NCBI GenBank assembly: GCA_030295235.1
Contig: AP026164.1
Span: 1-64,000, forward strand
Direction: 5' to 3'
Source: Fistulifera solaris
Lineage: Eukaryota
Length of the DNA: 64,000 nucleotides
The notes beneath the pieces were generated by a model that searched no databases, had not been told where the DNA came from, and saw nothing but the letters and a program-made list of their open reading frames with translations. Made by a program: the position numbers and the translations under genes. Each line of letters starts with the position of its first letter. Positions within the stretch are counted from its first letter, which is position 1. Shown here piece by piece: positions 49,161 to 60,717 of the stretch.

Positions 49161-52100
49161 CTACGCATCCATCAACTCGGGAAATGCTCCTTTCAGTCGA
49201 GCAATCTCTTTTCATTTGCCAGTACTTTATTTGGAAGTTCGGCATGGACCGTCGAAGCGAGCAACATAGAGCTTTTCTCAACCTTCAAGATCGGATTAAT
49301 ATTATCTTGTACGACCGTTCCCCTATGAAGTAAAATAGAATGTGGTCGTGTGAGTTAAAAAAACACCGAGAGATTACGCGCTAGAGAACTCGAAAATTGG
49401 ACTTACATGACAGTGTTTTCAAAACAGTGAGAAACTGCAATCACAACGTGCAGCTCGGAACAATCGATCGGAAGAGTACCACTTCGACTAATGGCGTCCA
49501 ACAAATCAAATGCTTTCGTTTTCTCGGAGTCAAGATCACTAGACGTCAAAGAATACGTCTCGGGCGATACTAGTAAATTTTGTTGCCGCTTCCTGGTCCA
49601 CAAATCACCTGCCTTGATAACCGTAGAATGAAGTGCGTTGTCCTTATCGAGCACTTCTAGTTTTTGATCGAGTATTCTTGGTATCAATGTAAAGTCATTT
49701 GCCACACCAGCTTCACCCTGGGAAAGATTTGTCAAGTTAGAACTTGGCGTCTTTTGCTCTGCATCCGCTCCAACTTGGACATCCATCAAGTCGTAGGTGG
49801 TTGCACTTTCCCCGGGAACGGATTGTGGCGGAGGTGCGATGCACGACATCGCCATCTCTGGAGTAAAATCTGATTGCACCATCCTTGGGGCAGCCATGAG
49901 TTTTCTCACCCGACGCACCTTTTACCTTCGGAACGAATATAGATTTCACCCTGCCCTACGCCATCACCATGTCCTCCCGTTTGTTTGTGCATCATCTCGG
50001 TCCTCATGTCAGCTTTCATTGTTTCCTCGTCTAGTTGCTTTTTCTTTTCCGCCGCAATAACGTCTGTTACTGCCTTAACATATTCCTTCACCAAAGCAAC
50101 CTTTTCAGCGTCAGTGGGCAGTGTAGTACTGGCATGCTGCAACGAGAGCAGATCACTGGGTATCTGATAGTCCACGAAGAGCGACATAAGATCTTGGGTC
50201 AACTGTATCTCTTTAGTAAGTGCATCGTCCGGCAAACCCAGTAACCGCTCCAACTGCGGCTTTAGTTGAATGACACAAACGCCAAAGATAGATGATTCTA
50301 ATTGCATTGAGCGAAAGGAGTTGGCAAAGTCTTGCTGCTCGGGGAGACAATGAAGCAATTGCATCCTTGAAGTCCTTGGCGGAAGGTAATACGTTCGTGA
50401 TCAAGGGAATAAGCAATTCATCCTTGTTCTGAAGAATAATTGCGTTCTTGGGATTGAGTTGATTTGGTCCCATTATGTTACCAATGATCAGCAAGAAACT
50501 AGAGAATTGACGAGCCCTTGCCGCGAGTTGAAACAACGGTTCCACCGGAGACGACTCGAATCGATGCTGGAGCCAGCCGTGCAAGAAACATCCACCTCGT
50601 AGTTCGACGGACGTTGCTGCGTTAATAGGTACAAACATCGACGTTCGACCAGTGTCAGGCATTTTTCGGACCCAGGTGTAGACTGGATCGATTTGACTAT
50701 CAACGTTTTCAATGCTTAGCATACCATCTGGGTAATGATCGGGTCGGCGAACTGCATATGTGAAAGGAATAGGCGCATACTTGTCGCCAAAGAGCTTTTG
50801 TGGTGGTACCTGATGTATTCTTCAAACTCTTTCCCGTCCACTTCCTTTCCTATTGCTTGAACAAGTTGTTTCTCTAGCATATTTTCGACATAGTCCAGTC
50901 CTTCAACTGTTTGCTGTACTATAGTGGAAAGATGCTTGCACAGCAAATATGTTGTCGCCTCGAGATTGGACACTAATCGCATGAGCTGGGAAGGAGGAAA
51001 TGACTTCGACGTATCTGCAATGGACGCTTGAAGTGAGCGATTCTGCTCTCCGAGAAATGCTGCCACATCACCCAGCGAAAGAACTGATCCTTTTTCCAAC
51101 AGCGGTATAACCGGGACAAAAATAGTCTCATCCGTAATGCTGCCCAGGTCTGGTCCTTTGTTGCTTGTCCCATCCTCGGTGGGGGATGCGGGCTTGTGTC
51201 GATTTTGAATGCCGTTTTGTACTCGAGTCAAGTAATATGTTGAAACCCGCTGAGTCCACAGTTGCAACTCATGTTCAAATTGTACCGCTTCGTCTACGTT
51301 CTCATTACGACGAGGTGTCTTGCACGAATGCTTCGTTCGATCAATGTAAAACTGACATTGCTGTTCCTTCGGAGAAATCCGCTGAAGCATCCAAGTCAAA
51401 TTCAGCTCGATAGGACGATGCGAAGTTCTTTCCGCAAGAGGACTTCTCGGTTTTTGACTTGGACTAGCACCTGTCGCTTGTCCTGCGGCGATAATGATTA
51501 CTGTCGAGACGTTGCGTGCTTGCAGTTCGATACAATTCTCTGGATCACTTCCCTTGTAAATGAGCAAACGATGCTGCACCCCGACTTTCCAGTGATGCTC
51601 TTTGACTTTCGTAACGACTTTTGTGCTTATAGTTTCCGTTCTTTCCCCTCCGAGTCCCAAAAGGAGGTGCGCTGCACGGTAGTCTCGACTTCATGCTCAA
51701 CGTTGCTTCGGACGGAAACAATGTTTTCTTTCAAATAAGAACAGGTATCTTCTGCCTCCAAACGAAGTGTAACAGACTGCTTGTCGTCGTATACCCACGA
51801 TAGAACTTGCTGAAGCTTCTCTCCGTCTAATCCTAATCGTTCTAAGGCGTTTAATTTCGCAGCAATAGAAGTGTTGACAAGAAACTCGGCGAGAGCATAC
51901 TTGTCGTCGTACTTGTGATCCTCGTCTTCATGAGCTAGCTGAGGGTGACGTGTCGTATCTAAAATAGTCTTCACTCTTGCAAGCGCCTTGTCAACTGATC
52001 AAGAAAAGCAATAATGTAAGAATGAGAAGGATTTCAATCGTATCTTGCATTCTCGTCGCAGAGACTGTGCCCTCTTGCTGCTCATGCTGCGGTTCTCGCG

Positions 52101-52161
52101 CTCAATTCGACGTACCTGAAATCAGAAATTGCGTTTCGATGAATGTGTTTGTGTATCTCAT
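49161..52161 (-). CDS. Large hypothetical protein (~930 aa); introns ~51995-52115 and ~49324-49406; several frameshifts
   Basis: Contiguous same-strand ORFs 51627-51974, 50716-51660, 50213-50722, 49906-50364 and 49403-49918 with protein-like composition, plus canonical GT-AG introns. Function not recognised. Confidence 0.7.
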
Positions 52162-52695
52162 GATGATAGTGAATAAAAGAAGTTGATAGCGTTTGCTTGA
52201 GATAATCTATTGTGGCTTTTGCTTGTTTGACACTCGGAAGCATAAACATCGCGAAAAGGGAGAGGAGAAACAAGAAAAGATCCAATCGTACATCTTGCCT
52301 GTAAGAACGTTTCCAGTTTGAGACGCAGCGCGACAAAAACACAAGTACCGTACCAGGTAAAGGCCAAGTTTATGTACCGGTTACTCTGTATACCTGATCC
52401 TTACTGTACATAGTATAATGAAAAATTCTTGACTTCGTACTTTGTATTGCATAAAACATAGACCTACCACATACCAGGTACAAGAAATTCGCTTCCGTTG
52501 AAATCGCAGGCCGGTTGACTCTAGATCAAAACCTCTAGCATATTTAGGCGCGAAATTTGAATACAGTCGAAAAAATTCGAAATGCTCTAAGTAAACGTAC
52601 CACGAATGTCCGAACGGAAATATGCTTCAATTTTCGCCCTACGGTACCGGTAGTCAATATTCTTACCAGTAGCTATAGGCTATAGGCAACTAAAA

Positions 52696-55600
52696 TCATT
52701 CCTTTTGCTTAGATTCACCTTTCCTTTTCGACGCACCACTCTTTTGTTTGCCTCTTCCACCGCTGCTGCCATTAAGATCCAAATTCCATTTACCATCCTG
52801 TTTGCGATTGGTTTCAATAGACCGTGCTGCTCCGTACGTATCTTCCCCGCCCGAATGCTGGGGATTCTTACAGTCTCCATTCGCATCCACTAGCTTACCC
52901 CAACGATTTCGTTTCGTGTCTTTCACTCTGAGTTCGACTGGACCATGAGCAAAAACGCACTTGTTCTTCTTGCGCATAGGGCAGCTCGTTCCATAGCTTA
53001 CATCCCAGTGGTTGCACAATCGCGTACGAAATTTGGGGTCTTCGGCACATCGCTCTAAATTCGTGTCGCGCTTTCGTAAACTTGCGTCTACCCGTCGTAT
53101 CCATTCTTCGTCGGAACGACTCCAGCCACGGCAATGCAGTGATCGCGCAGCTGTACTTCCATGCCAAATGATCACATCGCCAACTGTATTTACATCCAAC
53201 GGTAAAGAACTGACGTCTTCACCATTACTGGCGCTGCGTAATATCGTTCCAGCTACATCTGCAGTTCCTTGTGGATCGGATTCCAGAGGAGATTCTGGAA
53301 TCATTTCCGGTACATTTTGCCGAGGTAACACCGTGGCATGACGGTCCTTTGTAGGCGTCCCTTCTCCTCGTTCGTCTACTTCGACTACTTCTGCAAGAGC
53401 TTTGTCTCCTAATCTCTTCTTTTGTCCGTAGTGAGCTATGTTATATTTGACAGATAAAGGATCGTCGACAGTCAGGTATTCACGACAAAAATTGTAGCAG
53501 TGAATCAACAGCCGGGGAAAACGCTGTTCAAAATACTCCAACAATCCATCTGTTTTCGACTTAAGAGTGTTTTTCAAATTGTCGGACATTTCGTCAAAGT
53601 GATGATGTTTGTTGCGCATAAGCCGGAGTAGATCACGCACCGAAGATGGATCATACGTACGAAAGCGCTGAACATTACTTAGAAGCTCAGGCTCCAGTCC
53701 GTTGTCCCAAGAAGTTCCAACTACCTGAGCAGCTCCTTGTTCTACAGCAAGGAGACGTGTCATGGTCTGAGAAGTAACATCGTAGTCCATTTCCAGACGA
53801 TCCGAGAATTCACACAAAAAAGCAAGCCGACGTTCGGCAGACCAGAAGAAAGGATGCTCACATACTTGAGAAGCTGTTGGGCGAAGTAAAGGATTACGCT
53901 GCAGCATGGAAGCCACCAAATCATAAGCATCCAGCGATATGTCTTTGAGGGCGTCAAGTTGAGGCCGATTGTGCATAATGTTTGCTTCCCTTTCGTACCA
54001 TTCTCCAAATGGGTGCGAGCCTGGTTTCAAAGTTGAGTAGAAAATACAGCCCAGCGAGAAAACGTCTACCGATCGACTAGTTCGACCGCTTAGACAGTTG
54101 TCAGCAGGAGATGAGCCAGAAGCAGATTCTGGATTCAGGCTGCCTTCCGAACGGACGCTTCCGTCCGACGGTATCCGCCTTGCCATTACCTCAGGTGCCT
54201 GCCAACCAACACTTCCTGGACCCGCTTCAGCGAAAGACGCCTTCTCCCCGTTCCATACGCCTCTTAACGACGACTCATTCAGTAAACTAGCTCCGTAGCT
54301 ACTTTGGCCAACCAGCTGTTTTCCTAGTCCCATATCCGATATCTTCGCTACATAGAGCCCGCGCTCGAACAGTCTTATAGGGCTTTCATCATCTTTTTTG
54401 TCGTCCTTTCTCTTCGACTTTTGATTCCGCGAATCGGCGAGCAAAATATTCGCTGGTTTCAAGTCGCGATGCACGATTCGTAACCGATGCAGATGTCGCA
54501 CACCATTAGCAATTTGCACGAGCAATGATCGCGTTGCTGCCAAAGATCTAACTTTTGGTTCGCTGCAGAGTGCACCAATGAGATCGTGCAGCGATAAATC
54601 GCACAATTCCAGGGCTAAATAAACGAAATCACCACGTGTTTCTTTCAAAAAGTATCGCACAACATTGGCGTGTCCGTCACTTTCAATCAGCAGTGAGATC
54701 TCTCTATCCGCGCTGGCATGGTAAGCTTTAAGCATTCGCTTGACTGCTACTTGTCGACCGTCCAGCAGGCCTTTGAACACCACTGTTCCGTGTCCACCAT
54801 AACCGAGAATAACATCGTCGTATACTTGGATTACCCCACCTTCTTCGGTAGGCGACGTAGATGATGACACGTCCCCACTTTCCGCCAAATCTTTCAGCCG
54901 CTTCCGTCGTCCCATTTCAAATGATACAACAAAGATCAGCGCTACCGTTGGTGGTAGCCATGAACCCAATATTCTCAGAATCTTGTGCTGTTTTTTCTTT
55001 TCTGTCATAGGTATGTGATAATATGATGGTATGTATCCATAGTCAGGATGAAACAAAGGGACAATCGCAGTATCCTCTGTGTATTCTCCCACCAACATTG
55101 GAGCAAATGGATTCTGTCCCGCATCGTAAAGACAAGCCGGAAACTTGGCATTGCCCGGATGACAACTACCGACGTCGTCTACGTGCACTTCGCCATTACT
55201 GGTTATTTCCGGTCGATCGGGGCCGTCAATGATTTTCTCTTTCGACGCGTCGTGCATCGGTGAATGATACTTGAGAGGCATTGCATACAGTTGTCCTGAC
55301 GGAAGTGCCGCAATGATTGTTTGTTCGTCATCTGTTGAAGGGGCCCGGAGCTGTCGCTGAATCTCTCGAAGTAGATACTCCGGTGAGTTGTTTGGAATGG
55401 CAGGATCCGGAATGATCGTCACGGGCAAACTAGAGCCCGACGCCACATCTACGGCAAATGCAACCGGTGACTCAAAAAAGTCTTCTGCCATCCAAAGAAC
55501 ATTATTTTCCTGTCGAAACGCCAATACTCCACTCGGAGTTGCAAATAGGGAACCTTTGTTTCCATCTCTCGCAAGTGGCAATCTCGAATTCGAGTACGCA

Positions 55601-56586
55601 CCTGGTTCCGGCGGTTCCCACGGTTGTCCACTTCCTAACACCATGTCATTTATGGATAAGATTCTTCCTTGCGTAAACTGGACATCCATAATACCCCGTC
55701 TTGGTTCTTGAATTGATATGGTTTGATCCACACGTCCCAACCATACAACATATGTTTCGTCATGAGACGGATTGCTGCACGTCTCACCCGAAATGTGCTG
55801 CAGAATTTTCCCGGTTCGACTATCAATGGAAACCGCCATGGTGTGTCGACTTCCGGTATAAATACGGCCCCTATTATCAACGAAAGGTACCCGTGATACA
55901 AGCTCACTCATGGTAGTCGTGACAGTCACTTCATCTGTTGCTTGTCGATCAAGCATGCCATCGCGGAGAGGAGCTGTCAAATGAACTTTTCCATCAATAG
56001 AGGGTACCGCGGACGTTTTCCAAACAAATTCGTCCTCTTTTGCTGTTGATTTGGTCGTTGTATAAATAAGGGGCGCCAATAGGGAAGCCTCTGCTGCCGC
56101 AGTTTGTCGATCCTGAAATTCGTGGACATTCTCTTGCGAGGATGTCCGCCAAACAGTCTTTCCTGTCGATCGTGAAATGCCCGCCATCGTGCCATCAACA
56201 GCCACCACGACTAGTATGTCACTGCAGTTCGCAGTATCGTTATTTTCTTCCTCATCCTCGGTTCCATCTGTGGTTGAGTAGCGCGAAGAGTCATCGTAGT
56301 ATTGTTGCAAAGATGTATCTTTTTCGTTTCTTTCAAGGACTTTGGTCAATTGCCACATCGGTCTATCATTTAACTGTAAAGTGGTTAAATCCGCACCTAC
56401 TTTCCGGTTGTTGTGAGCATTATTTGAGGAAGGAGGATGCAAAGACGTAGGCTTCGCAGTTTTTGCCGAGGCTAAAGTTGTGTGTTGCCGAAGAACCGCA
56501 TCAAGAAAGAATAATGCTTGCACGAGAACAAACTTCTTTCTGTGTTGCTTTATATAAAAAGCGTGCTTGTCTCTATTTGCGTTCAT
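52696..56586 (-). CDS. IRE1: IRE1 kinase/endoribonuclease with an extra C-terminal CCCH zinc finger
   Basis: Luminal domain VDGTMAGISRSTGKTVW; TM ILGSWLPPTVALIFVVSF; kinase LGYGGHGTVVF, VAVKRML, HRDLKPANIL, KISDMGLGK, GWQAPE; KEN domain SVRDLLRLMRNKHHH. Confidence 0.95.
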   Translation of the reverse strand: MNANRDKHAFYIKQHRKKFVLVQALFFLDAVLRQHTTLASAKTAKPTSLHPPSSNNAHNNRKVGADLTTLQLNDRPMWQLTKVLERNEKDTSLQQYYDDSSRYSTTDGTEDEEENNDTANCSDILVVVAVDGTMAGISRSTGKTVWRTSSQENVHEFQDRQTAAAEASLLAPLIYTTTKSTAKEDEFVWKTSAVPSIDGKVHLTAPLRDGMLDRQATDEVTVTTTMSELVSRVPFVDNRGRIYTGSRHTMAVSIDSRTGKILQHISGETCSNPSHDETYVVWLGRVDQTISIQEPRRGIMDVQFTQGRILSINDMVLGSGQPWEPPEPGAYSNSRLPLARDGNKGSLFATPSGVLAFRQENNVLWMAEDFFESPVAFAVDVASGSSLPVTIIPDPAIPNNSPEYLLREIQRQLRAPSTDDEQTIIAALPSGQLYAMPLKYHSPMHDASKEKIIDGPDRPEITSNGEVHVDDVGSCHPGNAKFPACLYDAGQNPFAPMLVGEYTEDTAIVPLFHPDYGYIPSYYHIPMTEKKKQHKILRILGSWLPPTVALIFVVSFEMGRRKRLKDLAESGDVSSSTSPTEEGGVIQVYDDVILGYGGHGTVVFKGLLDGRQVAVKRMLKAYHASADREISLLIESDGHANVVRYFLKETRGDFVYLALELCDLSLHDLIGALCSEPKVRSLAATRSLLVQIANGVRHLHRLRIVHRDLKPANILLADSRNQKSKRKDDKKDDESPIRLFERGLYVAKISDMGLGKQLVGQSSYGASLLNESSLRGVWNGEKASFAEAGPGSVGWQAPEVMARRIPSDGSVRSEGSLNPESASGSSPADNCLSGRTSRSVDVFSLGCIFYSTLKPGSHPFGEWYEREANIMHNRPQLDALKDISLDAYDLVASMLQRNPLLRPTASQVCEHPFFWSAERRLAFLCEFSDRLEMDYDVTSQTMTRLLAVEQGAAQVVGTSWDNGLEPELLSNVQRFRTYDPSSVRDLLRLMRNKHHHFDEMSDNLKNTLKSKTDGLLEYFEQRFPRLLIHCYNFCREYLTVDDPLSVKYNIAHYGQKKRLGDKALAEVVEVDERGEGTPTKDRHATVLPRQNVPEMIPESPLESDPQGTADVAGTILRSASNGEDVSSLPLDVNTVGDVIIWHGSTAARSLHCRGWSRSDEEWIRRVDASLRKRDTNLERCAEDPKFRTRLCNHWDVSYGTSCPMRKKNKCVFAHGPVELRVKDTKRNRWGKLVDANGDCKNPQHSGGEDTYGAARSIETNRKQDGKWNLDLNGSSGGRGKQKSGASKRKGESKQKE

Positions 56587-56920
56587 GTCTTCCGTCTTTG
56601 ATGTAAACAGGACTTTTTCGAATAAGATTCAGAAATCGAGAAACGATAAAGGGTAGATAATCTGAGCTTCCTAATGTCATCAAATTGTCCTTGAAGACTT
56701 CGTAGCAAACAAACAATTCTTTCCACACCGTCCTATTTTGCAAGCCGGTCTCCTTGTTGATCGTATACAAGGATCGATAAGAATGTAATAAAAGCCAAGC
56801 GAGGCAAGAAATGATAAATGATCATCACCGTCGATGACAGCAGACGGAGAAAAGCCTGTTACTGGCATCTCGCCGCGCGATCCCCTTGCGTGGTCAATCG
56901 AGGAAATATTATCACCCGAA

Positions 56921-57135
56921 CTCCCAGATTTTCTGTGGACGTGAACATGCCACGGATTTTCAGGGTAGGTGAAAACACGACACACCCCCGGATTTTCTGG
57001 GGATGTTAAAATACCACATACCCAGATTTTCTGGGTATGTGAATATGCCACACTCCCAGATTTTCTGGGAGCGTAAAAACCACTTCGAGATTTTCTGGGG
57101 ACTTGGAACACCACATCCTGACATTTTCTTAAGGT
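56921..57135. repeat. ~33-35-bp tandem array (about 7 units) with CCCAGA-TTT-TCTGGG palindromic core
   Basis: Units start near 56921, 56954, 56986, 57020, 57054, 57085 and 57117. Confidence 0.85.
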
Positions 57136-57422
57136 ACAAAAATCCGTGACCAAATGCCGCAATACAAGAACTAATCGAAGAGCGCGCCTTTAGCAAATGG
57201 CCTTTATGTACAGTGACGAATACTTTGTAAGGTGCCATGAACTAGTTCGGATAATCTGCGGCGATATCCCTACTTGAAAGTCAGAAGTCAAAACTAGACT
57301 AAGCAGTTTCCTTGGCTTTATTCATGCTCTCTCTAATTTTGATTATCTTTGTATCAGTCTTGTTTCATTCCTTCCTTGTTCCTGATTGTGCATTGTGCCA
57401 TGGTATTTATTGTCCTTTTACA

Positions 57423-58436
57423 TCAGTTTTCGTGATGAATCAACTGATACAATCGTCGACGTGCTTCCTCTACATCCGCCGGCTCATTTGAACGAAACAC
57501 CCCGGCGGATCGCTCACTGTCGTTGCTCATTTGACTGCATCCAGAGCGTTGTCGATTAACCAGAGCTCGGGTGTAATCCGAGCGACGCATCGATTGTCCC
57601 AATCTCTTCAGTGTGCGTTGGTACTGCACCTGCAACTCGAACGCGTCCGGTAGACTAATCGAAGAGTTACTAGCTTCCGGCGTAACACGAAAGGCCGGCG
57701 CACTGCGCGCAGTACTGCTTTGAACGGTATGGCTGTTGTGACGAGACAGTTTGGTTTTCTCGAACAAATTGATCTCGTTTGGAACGGGAGATCGACAGGG
57801 ATCTTCCGACGGTTCGTGCAAGTGCTCTTGCACCATGAAACTGCGATTCTGCGTCATGGGATGTTCGCTGTAGAATGAAGGCGCATTCTCCAAGATTCGA
57901 TCAGGGATGCGTTCCGCAAAATGCGTTGGCGCATACGTTGCCGATTGCGAATGCGACAAGCGCCCCCGTCTCGAATTTGCTCTCTGAGGAGGATGAAATC
58001 GTTGACGTGGAAATTCCTGATGCGTGAAGGAATGCTGTCGCGCGGGAAGGTGCGATCCCCGAACGGGCTGAAGCGAATGATAACGCTGCGGCTGTTGCCT
58101 TTGAAAGTGGGGATCATGCTGCGCGTACATACTTGAAGAATAGTCTTCAGATACTTTGTGCTGTTGATTATTCGTGTGAAAGTGATGCTCATCATCGAGA
58201 GGATCTCGATTGAGCTCATCGTCGTTTAGAAAATCATCATCAGCAACGATCTGATCGACATCATCTTGCATAATAATTCCCGCTAAAGACTCATTATCGT
58301 CAAGACTCATCAAAAAGTCATCATCGACAACTCCATCTATCACAGAATTGTCATCCTCAATCATTTCAGCGTCAAAGTCGACCTCGCTGCTATCCCACGG
58401 TGTCTCCGTGATTCCGAATGAATCATCGTCTGCCAT
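57423..58436 (-). CDS. Hypothetical low-complexity protein (acidic N-terminus; C-terminal helix YQRTLKRLGQSMRRSDYTR)
   Basis: Intact ~337-codon ORF. Confidence 0.65.
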   Translation of the reverse strand: MADDDSFGITETPWDSSEVDFDAEMIEDDNSVIDGVVDDDFLMSLDDNESLAGIIMQDDVDQIVADDDFLNDDELNRDPLDDEHHFHTNNQQHKVSEDYSSSMYAQHDPHFQRQQPQRYHSLQPVRGSHLPARQHSFTHQEFPRQRFHPPQRANSRRGRLSHSQSATYAPTHFAERIPDRILENAPSFYSEHPMTQNRSFMVQEHLHEPSEDPCRSPVPNEINLFEKTKLSRHNSHTVQSSTARSAPAFRVTPEASNSSISLPDAFELQVQYQRTLKRLGQSMRRSDYTRALVNRQRSGCSQMSNDSERSAGVFRSNEPADVEEARRRLYQLIHHEN

Positions 58437-59697
58437 GCTTCGTTCGTGTATTTGAAGGCTTTGCAATCAGAATAAAGAAGTATGTTTCTAGAGGTAATTG
58501 CTGCGTTTCAGTATTTCGCACAGGCCGACTGCACCTCTTGGGTATCTTTGAATGGCTTGCTGTGTTGTGTTGTGCGTTGCTGTTGCTGTTTGCTATGATA
58601 CCTGGTAACACCCACAAAAAGATGAAGAAAATTTTGGCTGGATCCTACGAAATTGCCGTAAAAAGAACGTGGGGACTTGGTCAACGGCGACAAAAACCGA
58701 AACGAAGCACGCCCTCCAAAATTTTTTCGCAAACGAGATGCCGTCTTGTCGAAACAACAACATGCGTGGAAGTCGGACAAAATTAGTGCCACGTATCTAC
58801 AGACTTGAAATATATAGAATATCTTTATCATACAAAAACACCCGCGAGAAACAAAAAGTATGAGAAAGACCTTTTAATTATCGAGTACCGGACTCCTTTC
58901 GTCAATCACGAGGAAGCAATGGAAAAAGTAAGAGGGGACATGTACAGTCCTATGACAAGTACCGTACCGGAAGGGACGTTAAAAGTTTGCCTCCCAGTAC
59001 AAGATTCTACGTAGCGTCCACGACAAGGCAGAATTTTAACGCCGTTTCTTCGGTACCGGTACCATGAAACCGAAACACGATAAGAAACGGAAGTGGGGTG
59101 CAAGGTGCAAGTACTTGTAGCATGACGCACTCCAGACTTCGAAGTTCCAAGCTGGGCACGGCGTTTAAAAATTCCCCGCGTTGCTGTCGCTGCTTGTTCG
59201 GAAATACCTTTTCGATTAGGGTTTTCATAACACTGTCGCACAGTCTCTCCCCGTACGGAATTTTGTAGAGGCTGTGTTACTACATAAAAGACCTCGTACT
59301 TCGTCTCCAAAGGGGTTCCTCGTTAGTGGCGATATCTATTCATTGAGTTATAGATATTGAATGTTGTATTTGAGGATGTTGCAGTTATAGGAATGAATTA
59401 TTCGTCAACTTTTGAAATACTCCGTTCTACAGAGTACTCCGTAACAAGGACTGAAAAACTAATGCGAAATATAGGCGTCCTTTTTCTACGACTCAGAAAA
59501 CTTCAGTCCCGCCAAGCGTCTAGAAAATCAATTTTCAATTTAGCTCTACATCTTTGAAGTCGGTAGTATTGATCTTGACAGTGTTGTAAGAGGGACCTAC
59601 GTCGATTGCGTTCCAAATCTCAATGAACTCTTCTATGAAATCGTCCGTTGTCTAGCAGTCCGTATTCTTCAACATTGTGCTCTAGTACTTCCACTTC

Positions 59698-60408
59698 TCA
59701 CAATTCCTTGGGCGCGAGTGCCATGATCGTAAAGCGCACTTCATTGGGATCGCGCGCCATGAATTTTTGCACCAAAGCACACGCGTCAACTAACAAGTTC
59801 TGACAAGGACCATGACACACGGGCCCCTCTTTTCGCCCATCCAGTTCGTACAATTTCCCATTGACAGCCATCAAAGCCACAAAATGCGTGATAATATCAT
59901 CATCAAGAGATCCACGTGTTGTTGCATTCTGTTCACTGCTCGTAGCTCGATCGTGATGTTGAGCAATCTGCTGATCCTGTTCGAGCTTTTGAGCGCGTTC
60001 GATTGATGACAGTGTTTGTGTTGCTTGAGCGAATTGCGCCAGCCACGAATCGGGAACTAATAGTTCCGCGGGACCGTTGAGTAAAGCATGTAAAAGCGCA
60101 ATAGTCCCACAAGCGTTACCGATGCGTTGTTTAATGAACCAAATGTCGCTCGATTCTTTCACAATATTTTCGGGAGGATCTTGGTGAGCATTTTGGACGT
60201 CTGTCAAGGGATACAACAACAGAACGGCTTGCACGGGCTGCGCAATCATTTCTAATGCCCATTCTTCAGTACTAAAAACATCGACGAATTCATATGCTTG
60301 CGAATATCCAAGTTTGCGAACGTAATCATTGACAAGATCCGGGTTAGACTCCAAAGGAAACCATTTGTGCTTTTCTTCTGTATTGCTGCTGTTATGTTCC
60401 TGCGACAT
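59698..60408 (-). CDS. Ubiquitin C-terminal hydrolase (peptidase C12, UCH-L3-like)
   Basis: WFPLESNPD, KQRIGNACGTIALLHAL, HFVAL, LYELDGRK and RFTIMAL. Confidence 0.93.
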   Translation of the reverse strand: MSQEHNSSNTEEKHKWFPLESNPDLVNDYVRKLGYSQAYEFVDVFSTEEWALEMIAQPVQAVLLLYPLTDVQNAHQDPPENIVKESSDIWFIKQRIGNACGTIALLHALLNGPAELLVPDSWLAQFAQATQTLSSIERAQKLEQDQQIAQHHDRATSSEQNATTRGSLDDDIITHFVALMAVNGKLYELDGRKEGPVCHGPCQNLLVDACALVQKFMARDPNEVRFTIMALAPKEL

Positions 60409-60717
60409 TATACTCGTAGAAAGAATTACAGATAGTGGTACGAAAAGAGAACGAAAGAACGACGATAGATGCATAGACGAATGTCAAACAAACACCAACG
60501 AAATAGATACAGTACTTGTCTGGATCAACAATTTTTTGTCGAACTTTATCAATATCCGGGTTTTCCTCTGTCGATAAATTTCCTACGGGGCCTTCGTGAA
60601 ATGCACGTATCGAAATGTTCGTATTTTCCTAAAGTTTTTACATTTATTGCATTGCAATAGTCTGTCTAGACAATGAAAATTTATCAATAAAGAATCACAA
60701 AAAACAATTCACCAAGA

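Noticed and set aside
56680..57238. ORFs of 160 and 92 aa upstream of IRE1 (likewise ORFs at 29960-30573)
   Set aside because: They are translations of the tandem arrays, with no coding evidence.
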